Assembly: GCA_028534125.1 (NCBI GenBank)
Contig: CM052817.1
Coordinates: forward strand, 34,164,001 to 34,228,000
Length of the DNA: 64,000 nucleotides
Direction: 5' to 3'
Origin: Lama glama
Taxonomy: Eukaryota
Under the pieces are notes generated by a model. That model made no database searches, was not told where the DNA came from, and saw only the letters and a list, made by a program, of their open reading frames with translations. Every line of letters begins with the position of its first letter. Within the stretch, counting starts at the first letter, position 1. The position numbers and the translations under genes were made by a program. Of this stretch, positions 1 to 13,138 are shown piece after piece.

Positions 1-1302
1 TTTATCATGATTATTAATTTGATTATCTTTCCGTTTGCTTATTTGATTCTGAGCTCCTTGGAATTAAGGACCACACAATCCCTAACACACAATAGAAACT
101 GAAGACTATACATTTCATGCTAATGAAAATCATGTGTGTGTATATGTGTGTGTTTTTGAAAATTAGAACCTTCTGTGGCTCTAGATTCCTTAGTGAATTT
201 CTTAACAATGCCCAGATGTTGCAAACATGAACTAAATTTGATTTTTTTATATTCCATGAGCATCTATTGATAATGATTATAAAATCCTATTTTTGTTTAA
301 AAATAAGCTCCCAAACAGTACACTCACAACCCATGGAGAAGCAAACAGGGTACTCCTTATATTTTTCTTCATATAAACAAAACACCAAATTTAATTTGCA
401 TCTGCATCAAGTTTTTTTTTTTTCAAGATTTTCATTAAAGGCAGAATATGGCATTTGGGAAGGATAATTAAATACATCTGAAACTCAGGAGATAAAAAGA
501 GATGAAAAATCTTGTAATAAAAACAGCCTAGTTGAATCCCCTCCGCCTCCTTCTAAGTACAAAAATGACTGTTCTTGGAAGACAGAGCGAGCTTTTCATT
601 TAGAGCCTAGCTGAAGGCTTCGAGTGTCCCTGGGAGTCTCCACTCCCTCTTGATCCATGAGGTAGGCATTGTCACAGGATTAGCGTTGACCCCTAGGAGC
701 AAAGAAAGGCTCAGGAATACATAACTTCCACCTTCACTTTTTCCTCCCCTCCTTCACCTCACGTCTCTCTTAGAGAAACACTCTGGGTTTCCTCCCTCCC
801 TTCCTTCCATCTTACTTTCCTTCCTCTCTTCCTCCTTCTCTTTCTCCCATTCTTCCTTTCCTCGTTAGTTTTTTTTTTTTTTTCAGACTGTATTTCTGAA
901 GGAGAATGTTCCTGGAATATCTTGAACGAGTTAACGGAATGACCGCAATGCTTAGTGGAGGAGTGAAGCCCACCAACACCCCCAGGAGAGGGTGCCGACC
1001 TCCTCCCCTGCCTCTGGTGAACTTCCTCCTCTGTTTGCAGCTGTCTGCTCCCACCGCTGAGTCATCAATGTCTCTTCACAGGATCCTTCCTCTCTGTTGC
1101 CAAATAGGCTCAAATAGCTCCCCGATCTTTAAAAATAAAAGGTTCAACTGCTTTTTCTGCCTCTTCAAACTTCCATAGCAATTTTTCCTTCTTTTAGACC
1201 CACATTTCGGGACTACATCACATACTGCTATTGTCTTCAGCTCTACCTGTTTAGTCCATCATGCCCTAAAATCCACTGCTCTACTGAAACATCTGTCTAG
1301 AA

Positions 1303-1487
1303 CAGCTGTTCTTAAATTTGAGTGAGGATTCAAAATCTCCTTGGAAATCTGGTGGAAGTTATAGACCATTATATCAGGAGAAAAAAATGTATTTTTTTAC
1401 AATAGAATTTTGCATGAAACTTCAGGGATTAATAAACCTCCTGAAGCTTATCCAGGGAGCTCTTAAGGACCAAAGATTAAGACTCTG
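1303..1487. mobile_element. hAT-Charlie non-autonomous DNA transposon (MER103C-like)
   Basis: Ends CAGCTGTTCTTAA ... TTAAGACTCTG. Internal 'ggaaatctggtggaagttatagacc' and 'ttttgcatgaaacttcaggg...cctgaagcttatccaggga' match the recalled MER103C consensus. Confidence 0.7.
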
Positions 1488-1559
1488 TTCTAACAGGTCA
1501 CAGTAGCCTTTTAATCATCTTCCTTTCCATTCTTGAAAGGTTTAGGGGAAGAGCAAGTA

Positions 1560-1780
1560 CTCTGGGTTCAAAACAAGAAGTTGGATTCAAATCTTTCCAC
1601 TTACTAGCTGAATAACCTTGGCCAGGCTATACAGCATCTCTGGCCAGCCATCTCCTAATCTGTAAAAGGAAGATGATGATATCCATCTCAGAATTTGCCG
1701 TGGGTATTCCATATAACAGTATGTAAAAAACTGCTAAGATCATACTTCACACCTGTGAGGCACTCGATAAATAAAATTTT
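1560..1780 (+). mobile_element. MIR SINE
   Basis: 'ggattcaaatctttccacttactagctg...ccttggcc...atctgtaaaagga' MIR core. Confidence 0.7.
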
Positions 1781-2821
1781 CCATCCCTCCTTCAGCAGCC
1801 AAGTTCCAGTGCTTTCTCCTAAGCCTTCTGAGTGTTCCTTCTTCGTTTCATTCACTGGTTCAGCTTTATCCTGCTGTCCTATTGGGTAAGGTGCTTCCCA
1901 AGACCCAGCCATGACTGGGGAGTACATCTGTGTCATTTGTCCTGCAGACCTAACTCAGGTTTTACAACCTCCACGTGACCTTCCCCGGCCACCCCAAACC
2001 TCTCTGACTCCACAGTCCTTATTAACTAACTCAGAGATTTCCATACTTTCTCTGTTCACAGCATCTTGTGTCTCCCAATTTTTTTTTGATGTCCGTTGGA
2101 CAAAAGAAACATCTAATCATCTTCATCCCCTAGTAGTTACCATGTCCTAACAACTCAGCAGCTACCTGAAAGAAACAGTGTGCACAAACTGAAAGAAAAC
2201 TGCTCTTTGAAATTTTATTCTTATATAGCCACAATGACTTACTACCAGATATACGTGCCTGTTGGGCACTGCACAACTCCTCAAACTTTGAAACGGATTT
2301 TTGTGTAATACTTACATTTTTTTCATCACAGTTACTGTGAGAATCCAGCTTTGCCAAGATATAAGATCAGAGGAATGTAGCACAATCTAATGTCGAAACT
2401 ATGAACAACTAGTAATTCACATGACAAGCATCACTGTGTTTTGTTTTTTCAATTAAAAAAAATCCCATGGTGCCCCTGTGAATTCACTGCAGCAGTACCC
2501 TGGGGTGCCTCAAAGTACAGTTTAGGGATCTTGAATATAATCCCTGGCTGCTCAAAATTTGATCATGAGACTTTGGCATTGGCATTAAGAAGGAAGTTAT
2601 TCCCACCACCTCCAACCTACTGAATCAGAATGTGCATTTTAACAAGATGCCTAAGAGATTTGTGTGCATCTTAACAGTTTGAAAAGCACAGTTATAAACC
2701 ATTATTAATGACCAGATCATATCCTGCTATTGTGAGATATCTTATGTTATTAAATATTTTAAAATTCTTGTGCTGTTGTTTGGTCTTTTCTGTACAACTT
2801 TGCCAAGCGGATAGTTAACCA

Positions 2822-2922
2822 GATGCAGGGCAGAGATGTCATTCTGTTTTGTGATTCCCCCTAGTGTCCGGCGTGGAGTACCTTGCCTGGCGTAAGGGGC
2901 TCGAATACCTGCTGAATGAATG
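2822..2922 (+). mobile_element. L2 LINE 3' end fragment
   Basis: 'gcagggcagagatgtc...gcctggcgtaaggggctcgaatacctgctgaatgaatg' L2 tail. Confidence 0.65.
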
Positions 2923-3804
2923 CACCCAGTCTCTAGGGCTCACAGACATCCTAGACAGAGTCACTTGTGGAAGAAAATTATTGACAAAGCCAGATTCCAA
3001 AAATACCAACAGCATTCTTAGCAGATACAGAATGAATATGGCATTTTTAGGAGCCTGGGCTTGATAGCTTAGTTCTTTAAAAGTGGACGTATCCCTTTAT
3101 TCGGGTCATGGCAGGAAGAGAATTGTATCTTACTATTCAGCTTGATAGAGGATGCAATTATGTTGTAGGGCTATGTAGCCCAAAACTACAGTGTCGTGAC
3201 TATATAAAAATGAAGGCAGAGTGGAGGTTGTTAAAAGTTAGGTAGAGTGCATTTCCTGAAAATATAATGCACTAAGTATTCCAAAATAATGCTGCCATTT
3301 ATTAATTGCACTCATGAATCATCTGAATGCCAAAATCTGCATACGTGCAAAATGTCATGGAAATTGGATTCAGTTCTGTTTAAAACAGCTGTCTCCACTA
3401 CAGACAAACTGAATGTACCAAGTTCTTGGGAACCAATATGAAAGGGGAAGAAAGCAGAAAAGAATCGCTTTGTCAGAGGGTTCAGGTTTGTCTCAATGCC
3501 ACCTGCTACTCTCTGCTTTTATTTTTCCTTCAGGAGTGTTTCTCCCACCGAATGTTCCAGTGACTCGCTGAGACGAAGCATCCTGCTAGAGGGCCAGGTG
3601 ACCTGTGATCTCTCTGCAGCTGACACGAATCGGACTCGTAATCACAAACCACTCTTCTCACCCTCTCAGCCCCACAGATGCGAGAGGGGAGGGAGGGGAA
3701 CTCAGCTAGAAGCAGAGAACCATGGAATCTTCATTGACTGGTAGATCGTCGTGGCATAAACAGCCACTCCTTAACAATTGCTTTTGACTCGAGCTGTGTA
3801 ACAG

Positions 3805-4520
3805 GTCCCACCACCTCCCACTGCTACCAACTCTCAGCTGGATTACTGCAGCAGGTGCTCACCTAGTGTCCTGGTTTCACTCTTACCCATTAATACAGCC
3901 CATCTCCACCCAGTACCCTGACAAATCTATAAAAACAAAGCAAGACAAAAAAAGACTCCCTTGCCCCAAACTGTTCTGTCCAATGGGTCAAAATTGCTCA
4001 TGACTACTCAAATAAAATTCAACCCCCTTCCATAGCCAGCCAGAACTTACAGGATCTGGCCACTGTCCACCCTTCAGACCTCATTTCATATCACTTTCCA
4101 CTCCATTCACTACACTCCAGCCATGCTCACCTCCTTATCCCTGGAATACATCCAGCTCCTTCACTATTCGGGGCCTTGATCTTGCTCTTCTTGCGGTCCA
4201 GAATGCTCTTAACCTAGATCTTTCATCACTCAAGTCTCAGCAAAGAAGGAACCTCATCAGAGAAGTCTGCCTGACTTCTTACCCCTGACTGCCTTACCCA
4301 CGCTATATGAAGAGTTGCTCCTAACAAACACATCTTTCTCTCTATACCATTAACCCATTTCAATTTCTTAAACACCTGATCTGAATGCATCCTATTTGTT
4401 AATTACTATGCCAGTTTCATAAAGTGTGTTCCCCCATAGGAATAAATGCTCGATCAGGGATCTTATATGTTCTATTGACTCCCACATTCCTTGAGCAGAG
4501 CTGGACATAATAGGCATATG
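3805..4520 (+). mobile_element. L2 LINE 3' region
   Basis: Pyrimidine-rich L2 motifs ('ctggattactgcagc', 'cactacactccagccatgct', 'tcatcactcaagtctcagc') ending in the L2 tail. Confidence 0.7.
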
Positions 4521-5657
4521 ATTGTAAAGGCTTTAGAAATGACTTATTCCTGCTCTTTTGATTTCCTAGAATGACTGAGATCCAGAAGAGTGATGGGTTT
4601 GTGCTGCATCAGAGTAACCAGTTAATAATGAAGCCAAGGCTAGGACTCAGTCTGGGAGTTTCTGGTTCACCGCTGTTTCTGTTACACCTCCTGGCTTTCA
4701 TTCAGAGGAAAAGCCATCTCATCTCGAGTGGCTTAAAAAAAAAATCGTTCAAAAGAAGTTCAGATGATTCTGATTCAGGCACGCCCTGTCTTTGGGTATG
4801 AAAAATGCTCTGTGAAGTTCATCATCCAAACCCTTCCTGCAAAGACTTCACCAAACTTCCTTAGGGTATTCACATACAAGTTAGTTTCATCAAGATAGGA
4901 TTTTTTTTCCCCAAGTTTCTTCTTCCATTATTAAAGTAAATCTGTTGATGAAATTAACATATCAGATGGAACAACAAAACTCGAAATAACTCAGATCTTT
5001 GAAGATAATTTATTCATTAAATTAGAACTTTTAAATATAGGCAAAAGAGAAAATAACTATTATTAAAATGTTCCAACCAAATTGCTGCTTATCTTACACT
5101 ATGCTAATTAGTATCAGCACCCGAAATTCACTCTCCCACAACCATCAGAGAAAATTGGAGATTATAGAAAGGCAGTGGGAGGAGGGTGATGGGGGCGCTA
5201 CTAGTTATTAGAAAGGCTGAATAAAAACCATTAAGATTTGAGTTCAAATTCCATCCTTGGGGTTTGTGCCCAGATTATTAATACTTCGCTCTTCTTCCCG
5301 CCACCTTTAATATGTGCATGTTAGGTTTCTCACAAGATTAAATCCCCTTCAATCCATTTTCTGCACAGCAGACAGAATGACCCTAATAAAGCAGAAAATA
5401 CACAAGGTTATGTTCCCACTTAAACTCTTCAGAGTCTTTTCATTGCCCTTAGGGAAAAAATGCAAACTCCTGAGCAGGAATGACCAGTCCCATCGCAGTC
5501 TTACCCTTGCTCCCGTCTCAGCTTCATCTTTCCCCTGTGTTCTCTGCCCAGCCACATGGGACTGTATTTAGCATTTTACCTGAGAGACTTTACAATGCTA
5601 ACCCTCAGCTGGATGCATACTTTTCTTTAAATGTTGGAAGTTTAATATAATATCATA

Positions 5658-6221
5658 TGCAATTGACTGACTCGTATACTGCCAAAATTCATATGTTGAA
5701 GCTCTAACCTCCAATGTAATTGTGTATGCAGATAGGGCCCTTAGGAGGCAATTAAAGTTAAATGAAGGGGGGAGGGTATAGCTCAGTGGTAGAGTGCGTG
5801 CCTAGCATGCAAGAAGTCATGGGTTCAATCCCTGGTACCTCCACCAAAAGTAATAAACAAATAGAGAAACCAGATTACCTACCTCCCCCCACCACCAAAA
5901 ATTAAAAATAAAATTAAAAAAAAAGTTAAACGAGGTCGTAAGTGTGAAGCCCTAGTCAGATGGGATTAGTGTCCCCATAAGAAGAGAAACCCAATGGCTC
6001 TCTCCCTCTCTCTCCTTCTCCGTGTGCGCACAGGTAGGTGGTCACCAAGCACACAGCCAGATAGATGGTGGCCGCCTGCCAGCCGGGAGAAGAAGCTTCA
6101 GAATCAAGCCTCCCTGGCTGGCACCCTGTTCTTAGACATCCAGTGCTCAGAACTGTGACAGAACATTTCTGTTGTTCAAGCCTCCCCATCTATGGTATTT
6201 TGTTATGAGTTGCCTAATACA
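5658..6221 (+). mobile_element. MaLR solo LTR (MLT1A-like), interrupted by a SINE
   Basis: Starts 'aaaattcatatgttgaagctctaacctccaatg' and ends 'catttctgttgttcaagcc...tatggtattttgttat...aataca'. Confidence 0.8.
5768..5921 (+). mobile_element. Camelid tRNA-derived SINE (Vic-1-like), full length with TSD
   Basis: GGGGAGGGTATAGCTCAGTGGTAGAG (A box) ... GGGTTCAATCCC (B box), A-rich tail. TSD aaagttaaatgaag (5754-5767) / aaagttaaacgagg (5922-5935). Confidence 0.9.
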
Positions 6222-6259
6222 TTATACCTAATTTTTTTCAAAAAAATGACAACAACGTA

Positions 6260-6420
6260 ATGTATTTTGTGTGTTTCAGGCATTGTGCTAACCATTTTAC
6301 ATGAAATACTTCACATGATCTTCAGGATGACCCATACTACAACTATTATTATCTCCATTTTACAAATAAAATAAAGTATCTTTCAGAAACGACAAACCTG
6401 AAGTCAACAGTGTTAAGTAA
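6260..6420 (-). mobile_element. MIR SINE
   Basis: 'caggcattgtgctaaccattttacatg...attattatctccattttacaaat' reverse MIR core. Confidence 0.65.
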
Positions 6421-6554
6421 CATACACAAGTCACACACACAAGGTGCACTGAGGAGCAAGAACTGTGACTTGGTCCTGTCTGGCCGCATGTCCTTTGCAC
6501 CTAATTGCTACATGTCCCAGTGCCTGACCAAAGAAGATTAAAGCCTTAGTGTCC

Positions 6555-6913
6555 TCTGAGGAACTGCTAAAGGACCTTGGGATGTTTTGCCTAAAACTAC
6601 GTGGTAGCTGCCTCAAGTATCTAAAGGACAGAAGGAGGGAGGAATTCATTTGGAAGAGGGACTAGATTTCTTTTCCAAGGACTTAGGCAAGGCCATGTGA
6701 ATCAATAGCAGGAAGTTTCTTCAAATGGCTTTCAGCTTAGAACAACAAGAACTTTCTAACAGTTCATAGATGAAACCGGCTGTCTGGAAACCCAGGTCTC
6801 TCTTCGTAGGTGGGTTCAAGAAGGAACTGGAAATTAATTCAAGGACACGATGGAGATAATCAGACAGCAGATGGTGGCTGAACCACATGACCTCTGAGGT
6901 TCCATCCAGCTCT
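6555..6913 (+). mobile_element. L3/CR1 LINE 3' end
   Basis: 'gaggaactgctaaaggaccttgggatgttt...ctcaagtatctaaagg...aagaactttctaacag...atgacctctgaggttccatccagctct' follows the CR1/L3 3' consensus. Confidence 0.7.
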
Positions 6914-7739
6914 GGGAATAAATGACCCTTGGTTTTCTCAATGGGTGGACACTTCGTGACCTTATTGTTGGTACAACCATTTGAGTTGGCAAAACACATG
7001 GTTCTAAACCAGCCAGACCTGCTTGGTGAAGATGTGGCTGCATTTTTCCTGCCACTTTTTTATAGCCAGGTTTCTTTTCACTGAATGCCTAAGGGGAGGT
7101 ACAGTGAAGGTTCCGTTCTTGTTCGGGAATAAGTAATTGCACTTGTGAGTTGGTAAAGGTCATCTCAGCTCTCTACCCTCACTTCATCCTCTTCCCCTGC
7201 CTTCTAAAGCCTGAACTGGGCTGGTGAGCTACAACAGGGCTCCGGGAGAGAATTTAAACTCTCTAGCTTCCATCTTTTATAAGCAAAATCATAAGTATAT
7301 CACTTTATGAAAGGAAGCTTTATATTTTATAAAAGGAAGTTTTAGTTTGAAAGCTAGAAGAGGGAAAGCAAACAAATATTTCTAGCTTGCTGTAGTTCAC
7401 TTTGCCAAGTTGGCAACACATTTATTCTTTTTCTGAAATTGTTTTACTTTTCACTGTTTTTTTTTTTTTGTCCCCGTATTTAATTGTACAAGCCATCAAG
7501 CTCTTGTTCTCCTAATATACCTCAGTAACATGATGCTTTCTGGTCATTTTAGACTGACCAGCACAGTTCTGAATAAATTTTAATTCAGCCAATTTATGTT
7601 TTGCTTTAAAGCAATAAATAAATGTCTTGAGTGCCTACTCTGTGCCAGGATCTATGCTAGACTTTGGGACACATAAAAATGAACAAACCCTGGCCTCCAC
7701 CCTAGAGGAAAGCCTCCCAGAACATTTTGGGTGGCAAAT

Positions 7740-8080
7740 CACAAAAATCAAACTTGAATTAGCTGAGGCAAAAGGGAGACTTCATTGACTCACATATCCA
7801 AACCACAGAAATGGCTGAGACGACATGAAACAGCCTTGAGTGCTTTCCAGATGTTTCTTCTCATCTCTTATCTCAGCTTGATTTCTCTTTTGGCAACTCC
7901 CTGTGAAACTGACACCATAACAACCAAGAACTCTAGGTTCCACCTTCCCTAATTTGCCACTGAAGAGAAAAAAGCTTTTCCACACAGTTGCATGTTCAAA
8001 AGTCCTTGGAAAGAACTTGATTGGCCCAGCGTAGGTCATACACTGCCCAGACACTGTGGCTACAGGAGCAGGGCCAGCAA
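7740..8080 (-). mobile_element. Old MaLR LTR fragment (MLT1J/K-like)
   Basis: 'aacttgaattagctgaggcaaaaggg...ttcattgactcacat' and 'gattggcccagcgtaggtca'. Confidence 0.55.
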
Positions 8081-8799
8081 TCTTGATCAAAATAATGATT
8101 TATTAAGGTATAATTGATATGCAAAAAACTGCTCATATTTAATGTGCACAATTTGATGAGTCTGGACGTCAGCTTAAATCTAATATTACAACAGAGGAGA
8201 GAGGGAGGAACAGTCTCTGAAGACGAAGGGGGTGCTATTCCTTGAATGAAAAATGGCTTCTGTGCAGACAAAAGACCACAAATCCACCTCAAGTTGCCTA
8301 CTAGCTTGTAGGGAAGACAGATATGCAAACAAATAATAATAATTCAACGTCATATGTGCTTTAATGGAGGTACGTTTAAGAGTAAGGCTGAGGGTCATCA
8401 AAGCATGAGAAAGCAATTAATTCTTCCCAGAGGTTTAGGAAGTGCTAAGTTCATGGAGGAATGAGAAGAGACGGGGAAAATTGGCTGAAATCGGGTTTTG
8501 ATAGAATGTGTGTACTAAGCTGAAGAGTTTAGACACAATTCAGTGGGCTGCAGGATAGGACTTGAGAATTTTCTGCCAGGGAGTGGCCTAGTACCACTTA
8601 GACCCAGACAAGAGGGCCCTCCACTGGGACCCACCCTTTAGGAGACCCAGCTCCAGCCCTCTTACAGACACATCAGTTCCTACAGGGCCAACGTGATGTG
8701 TGCACCCCTAGCCCGTGTTATTCTCCACTTCCAGATCACAATCAGAGTGCTTGAGAACTGAAATTCTCTGCTCAAAGAATTCCAAGCCTGACTTTGGTG

Positions 8800-10246
8800 G
8801 AATAATCAAAACAATCTTGAAAAAAAAGAACAAAGAGGACTCACATTTCTCAACTTTAAAATTTACTACAAAGCAGTGGTAATCAAGAGTGTGGTACTGG
8901 CGCAAGGATGGACATGGAGATCAGTAGAACAGAATTGCAAGCCCAGAAATAAACCGTGTGTCTATGGTCAACTGATCTTCGACAAGGGTCCAAAGATCAT
9001 CCAATGGGAAAAGAATAATTCTTTTCAACAAATGATGCCGGAAAAACTAGATATCTACATGCAAAGGAATGAAGTTGAAACCTTACCTCACATCATATAC
9101 AAAATTAATTCAAAATGCATCTAAGACCTAAATATAAGAACTGCTAAACTGTAAAACTCTTAGAAGAAGATATTGGGATAAATCATTATGATCTCAGATC
9201 TGGCAATGGAGTCATAAATAAGACACTGAGAGCATGAGCCACAAAAGAAAAGATAGATAAAGAGATAAATCAGACTTCATCAAATTAAAATATTTGTGCT
9301 TCAAATGGCATTATCAAGAAAGTTGAAAAGAGTGAGAATAAATATTTGCAAGTATCTGATAAGAAACGTATCTATATATATAAAGAGCTACTCAACAGAA
9401 AAAAGATCAATCACCCAATTTAAAAATGGGAAAATGAACTGAATAAACATTTCTCCAAATAAGACAGATATAAAAATAGCCAGTAAATATATGAAGAATT
9501 TTGACATTATTAGTCATTAGGGAAATACAAATCTACAATGAAGTATCACTTCACAGCCCCTAGGAAGGCTAGTATTAAAAAGTCAGATGATAACAAGTAC
9601 TGACGAGTATGTAGAGAGACCAGAACCCTCATACACTCCTGGTGGCAATCTAAGTGGGGCAGCCACTTTGGGAAACAGCTGGATAGCTCCTCAAGTGGTT
9701 AAACGTAGAGTTATCACAAGACCCTCTCCTAGGTATACACATAAGAGAAAGAAAACATGTCTGCATATAAATGTGTACAAGAATGTTTGCAGTCAAAAGG
9801 TGAAAACATCTCAGAGGTCCATCAACTGATAAATAAATAAACAAACTGTGACTTGCCATTATACAATGGAATATCATTCAGCCATAAAGGAACGGAGTGT
9901 AGATCCATGCTACAACATATATGAAACTTGAAAACCTTCTGCTAAGAGAAAGAAGCTTGACACAAAAGACAACCTAGTCTGTGACTCCATTTAGATGACA
10001 CACCCTAATCTAGGAAGACAGAAAGTAAATTAGTGGTTGCTTAGGGCTGGGGAAGACGGAAGGAGGAGGGACAAAGAGGTGATAGTTTAAGTGTATAGGG
10101 TTTCTTTTCAAGGTGATGGAATGCTCCAAAATTAACTGTGCTGATTGAAGGTTGCATGTATCTGTCAAAATACTAAAAACCACTGAATTATACACTTCAA
10201 ATGAGTGAAATGTATAGTATGTGAATTCTCTCTCAATAAAGTTGTT
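8800..10246 (+). mobile_element. 5'-truncated L1 (L1MB-like): decayed ORF2 C-terminus plus 3' UTR
   Basis: ORF 8876-9124 has YGQLIFDKGPKIIQWEK, an L1 ORF2 motif. The 3' UTR ends 'gtatgtgaattctctctcaataaag'. Confidence 0.9.
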
Positions 10247-10804
10247 AATTTTTTAAAGGCAGTTTGAAATGAGGAGGAACTAAGCAAGCAAGAAAATAAA
10301 CAAACAAAGAAATACAGTGGACACATATTTAAAACAAAACATGCAGATTCCCTTTGGGGAAAAGAATTGTCAGAGATGTTAAGTTATTCTGCAACTGAAT
10401 ATACAAATAATATTTAGGAATCAAAATTCTTAACTGCTTGAAAGCTTAAAAACGAAAGGCATTCTATCCAATCTAGATGTGAAAAATTTCCGGCTCTGCC
10501 CAGACCTACTGAATCAGGAGATAATTAATCTCTCTTCCCTGACCTCACATCTCCTGTGGAAATAATCTTCCAGTGTAAGACTCCTGACCTCTCCCACCCC
10601 CTCCCCCAACTCAGCAGCAACTTACCTGATCAGTGACTTTGAAAATGAAACTGAGTCTGCGCTCTAGTGCAGCTGGGCCTGCCCACAGCGAGGCGTTTTG
10701 TAAGTTTCCTGTGCCAGTCTTTGTCCCTGCAAGGGGTCAGATGATGACTTGGAGTGAAGTTCAATTCAGAGGAGAGGGTATTAGAGACCAAGGGGGTGGC
10801 ACAC

Positions 10805-11341
10805 TGTGGTGGTTTTAAAACATGTCTGCAAATTTTTTGGCATTCTTCCCATCCAGAGGTGGAGTCTCTGTCCTTTCCTTCTGAAGCTAGCTGGGACTTT
10901 GTGACTGCCTTCATAAACAGAACACTGCAGAAGTGGTGCAGTCTGGCTCCTGAGGCTGTTTTAAAAAGCCACATGGCTTCTGTTAGCTTCTCTTGGAGTA
11001 AGCACTTTGGGACCCTTCAGTCACCGTGAAAGAAGTCCAGGGACATTGAGGTCACCATATGGAGAGAGCATATGGGACCAGGGGAGAGAGGCTGTTCCAA
11101 CCCAGCTGTTGGAGTCTTTCCAGCCCAGGTGCTAGACATGGGATCGAGTGCACCCCTCCACCCTTGCCACCATTTGACGGCAACCACACGAGAGACCCGA
11201 AGGAAACTCACCTAGGTGAGCCCAGCCAATTCTCACCGTGAGCAAATAAATGACTGGTGTTATTTGTAGGCACTGATTTAGGGTAGTTTATTATAAGCCA
11301 AAAACAAAACAAAACAAAAAAACCCCAAAAGCTGGAATACA
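10805..11341 (+). mobile_element. MaLR solo LTR (MLT1F/G-like)
   Basis: Starts TGTGGTGGTTTTAAAACATG, then 'gaggtggagtctctgtcc'. AATAAA near the 3' end, terminal ...aataca. Confidence 0.75.
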
Positions 11342-11683
11342 CATATTCTCCACTCTGGTCTTTATTAGTAATAAAGTTTGATTTTATCTAATCCTTCTTT
11401 CTTATTTCTCAAACTCAGGAGGGAAAAATACATTTAGTGGCCTCCTAAAACTCCAACTTCATCCACCCAATATAAGACTTTCTCCCATCCCACTCAGTGT
11501 GTGTGGATGGGCCTTTGGTCTCTCTGCCTGACTGTCTCGAGTGGTTGGAAATGTCTCCCCAGTCAAATTAGAAGGGCTCTTAAGTTTATTGGAAACCCAT
11601 CACAGCAGCACTAAACAAACCTGCCCTGTCTTTTTCAGAGTAGACATCATCAATTTCTCTAGTTAGTTTGTTGCAGAAAAACG

Positions 11684-12234
11684 TGTTACAGCTCAGTGGT
11701 GACAGCAACCTGGATCCAGGCAAGAGACCAAGCAGCACTCAGAGAGTTGGAGAACTCAGGCTGATTATGCCAGCAGGCCCAGAGGAGTTAACACCCCAAG
11801 CTCTGGACCATCTGTAGGTTTACACAGGCTTTTGTAGGCTGCCAGTTTACACTTTGCAACATCATATGCAAATAAGGTATAACAAAAGTTGACTAATTAG
11901 GAACAAGCTTTGTAGAATGGACCAATCAGGAGTGAGCTCCATGCAAATGAAGTACTAAAAATGGACCAATCAGAAGTTAGGGAAATAGATCAATAAGGAG
12001 TGAAGGAAATAACCAATCAGGAGTGAGCTCAGGGAATCAATAGAATTTTAGGGGTAAATTCCACTTTCCTAGAAGAAAGCCGTTTCAGAAGGCAAAAAGT
12101 GAGAGAGAGCCTCTGGGCCAGAGAACCGGATGGTGCTGGCAGGAGAGAAGTGGCCCTGCCTGAGGGTCCTGCCAGTCTTTTTTGGGGGCTTCCACCTCAA
12201 GTTATCCCAACAGCCTGCAACTTTTCCTCTTACA
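11684..12234 (-). mobile_element. ERV1-like solo LTR, probably lineage-specific (right boundary uncertain)
   Basis: TG...CA bounded block with repeated 'accaatcag' enhancer units and two ATGCAAAT. Decayed reverse TATA-like ('cttttgtagg') and polyA-like ('gctgattatg') positions. No clean TSD found. Confidence 0.6.
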
Positions 12235-12250
12235 AGAGGTTTGAATAGTG

Positions 12251-12436
12251 CAGTGGTCCGCAAACTTGAGTGGGTGTCAGAATCAGGTAGAGGGCTTGTC
12301 ACCACGTGGGTTCCTGGGCCCCCTTCCCAGAGTTTCTGATTCAGTAGGTCTGGGCAGAGCTGGAAATTTTTCACACCTAGCAAGTTTCCAAGTGCTGCAA
12401 TGCTGTGATCTAGGGACCACACTTTGAGAACCACTG
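12251..12436. mobile_element. MER5A hAT-Charlie DNA transposon
   Basis: Terminal inverted repeats (TIRs) cagtggtccgcaaact / ctttgagaaccactg; core 'cagagtttctgattcagtaggtctggg'. Confidence 0.85.
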
Positions 12437-12859
12437 AGCTGGAGAGATGCAATGTATAGGGTGGTAGCAAGAGTCCTCATGCTGGCTGTGCCAACTTTTA
12501 ATAAAATACAAATGTCCCCTATAAAGACCAAGGACTCTGTATCACAGCTGTGAGAATCAACAGCAATAACACCATATGCGTGCTCTGCAAACTGTCCGAG
12601 GTTATGCAGGCAGGAAACATGGCTTGAAGAGATTTGCCTGTGGACTTCACCTAAGTGTTAATATCCTCTTTCAAAGTGACCTGAGACGGAATATGCAACA
12701 GAATCCACTGACCCATTTCCTGTCTGTTTCCTGTACGGATTCCTTTGCTTTCCAGAAATTCTTATAACCCAGAAGTAAAAGCAAAAGGGGTAACATATAC
12801 TGAGTGCTTTCGTGTGCACACGAAAGAGGCCATATCCTAAAAGAGGATGCTGAGGCACT

Positions 12860-13015
12860 TCCCAGCTGGGACCATTATTCTGAGCCTCAGTTTCACCTGC
12901 AGGAAGGGCTAACAATAGCCCTACCTCATAAGCTGTTGTGAAGGCTGAGTTAATACATGCAAAGCTCCCAGCAACAGACCTGGATGGATTCATTAATACT
13001 GTTGCTGTTACTATT
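12860..13015 (+). mobile_element. MIR SINE
   Basis: 'tctgagcctcagtttcacctgc...aatagccctacctcataagctgttgtgaggg'-type core. Confidence 0.75.
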
Positions 13016-13029
13016 ATTTTGTTCATTAA

Positions 13030-13138
13030 AAATTTTTTAATTTATTTGTTTAAGGGGGTAATTAAGTGTATTTATTAATTTTGTTTAGTGGAGGTACTGG
13101 GGATTGAACCCACTCTACACTGAGCTATACTCTCCCCC
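13030..13138 (-). mobile_element. Vic-1-like SINE with internal deletion
   Basis: Reverse strand 'tggaggtactggggattgaaccc' is joined directly to 'actctacactgagctatactctcccc'; the segment between A and B boxes is missing. Confidence 0.85.

Noticed and set aside
730..1178. Long polypyrimidine tract with strong acceptor (TTTCAG at 881-886) and following 90-aa ORF
   Set aside because: No convincing donor or recognisable peptide; a simple pyrimidine/poly-T tract can mimic an acceptor.
5768..5843. tRNA-like sequence with A and B boxes (also at 13085-13138 and 57205-57279)
   Set aside because: These are SINE heads, not tRNA genes: one has a tail and TSD, one is internally deleted, and all are diverged from each other.
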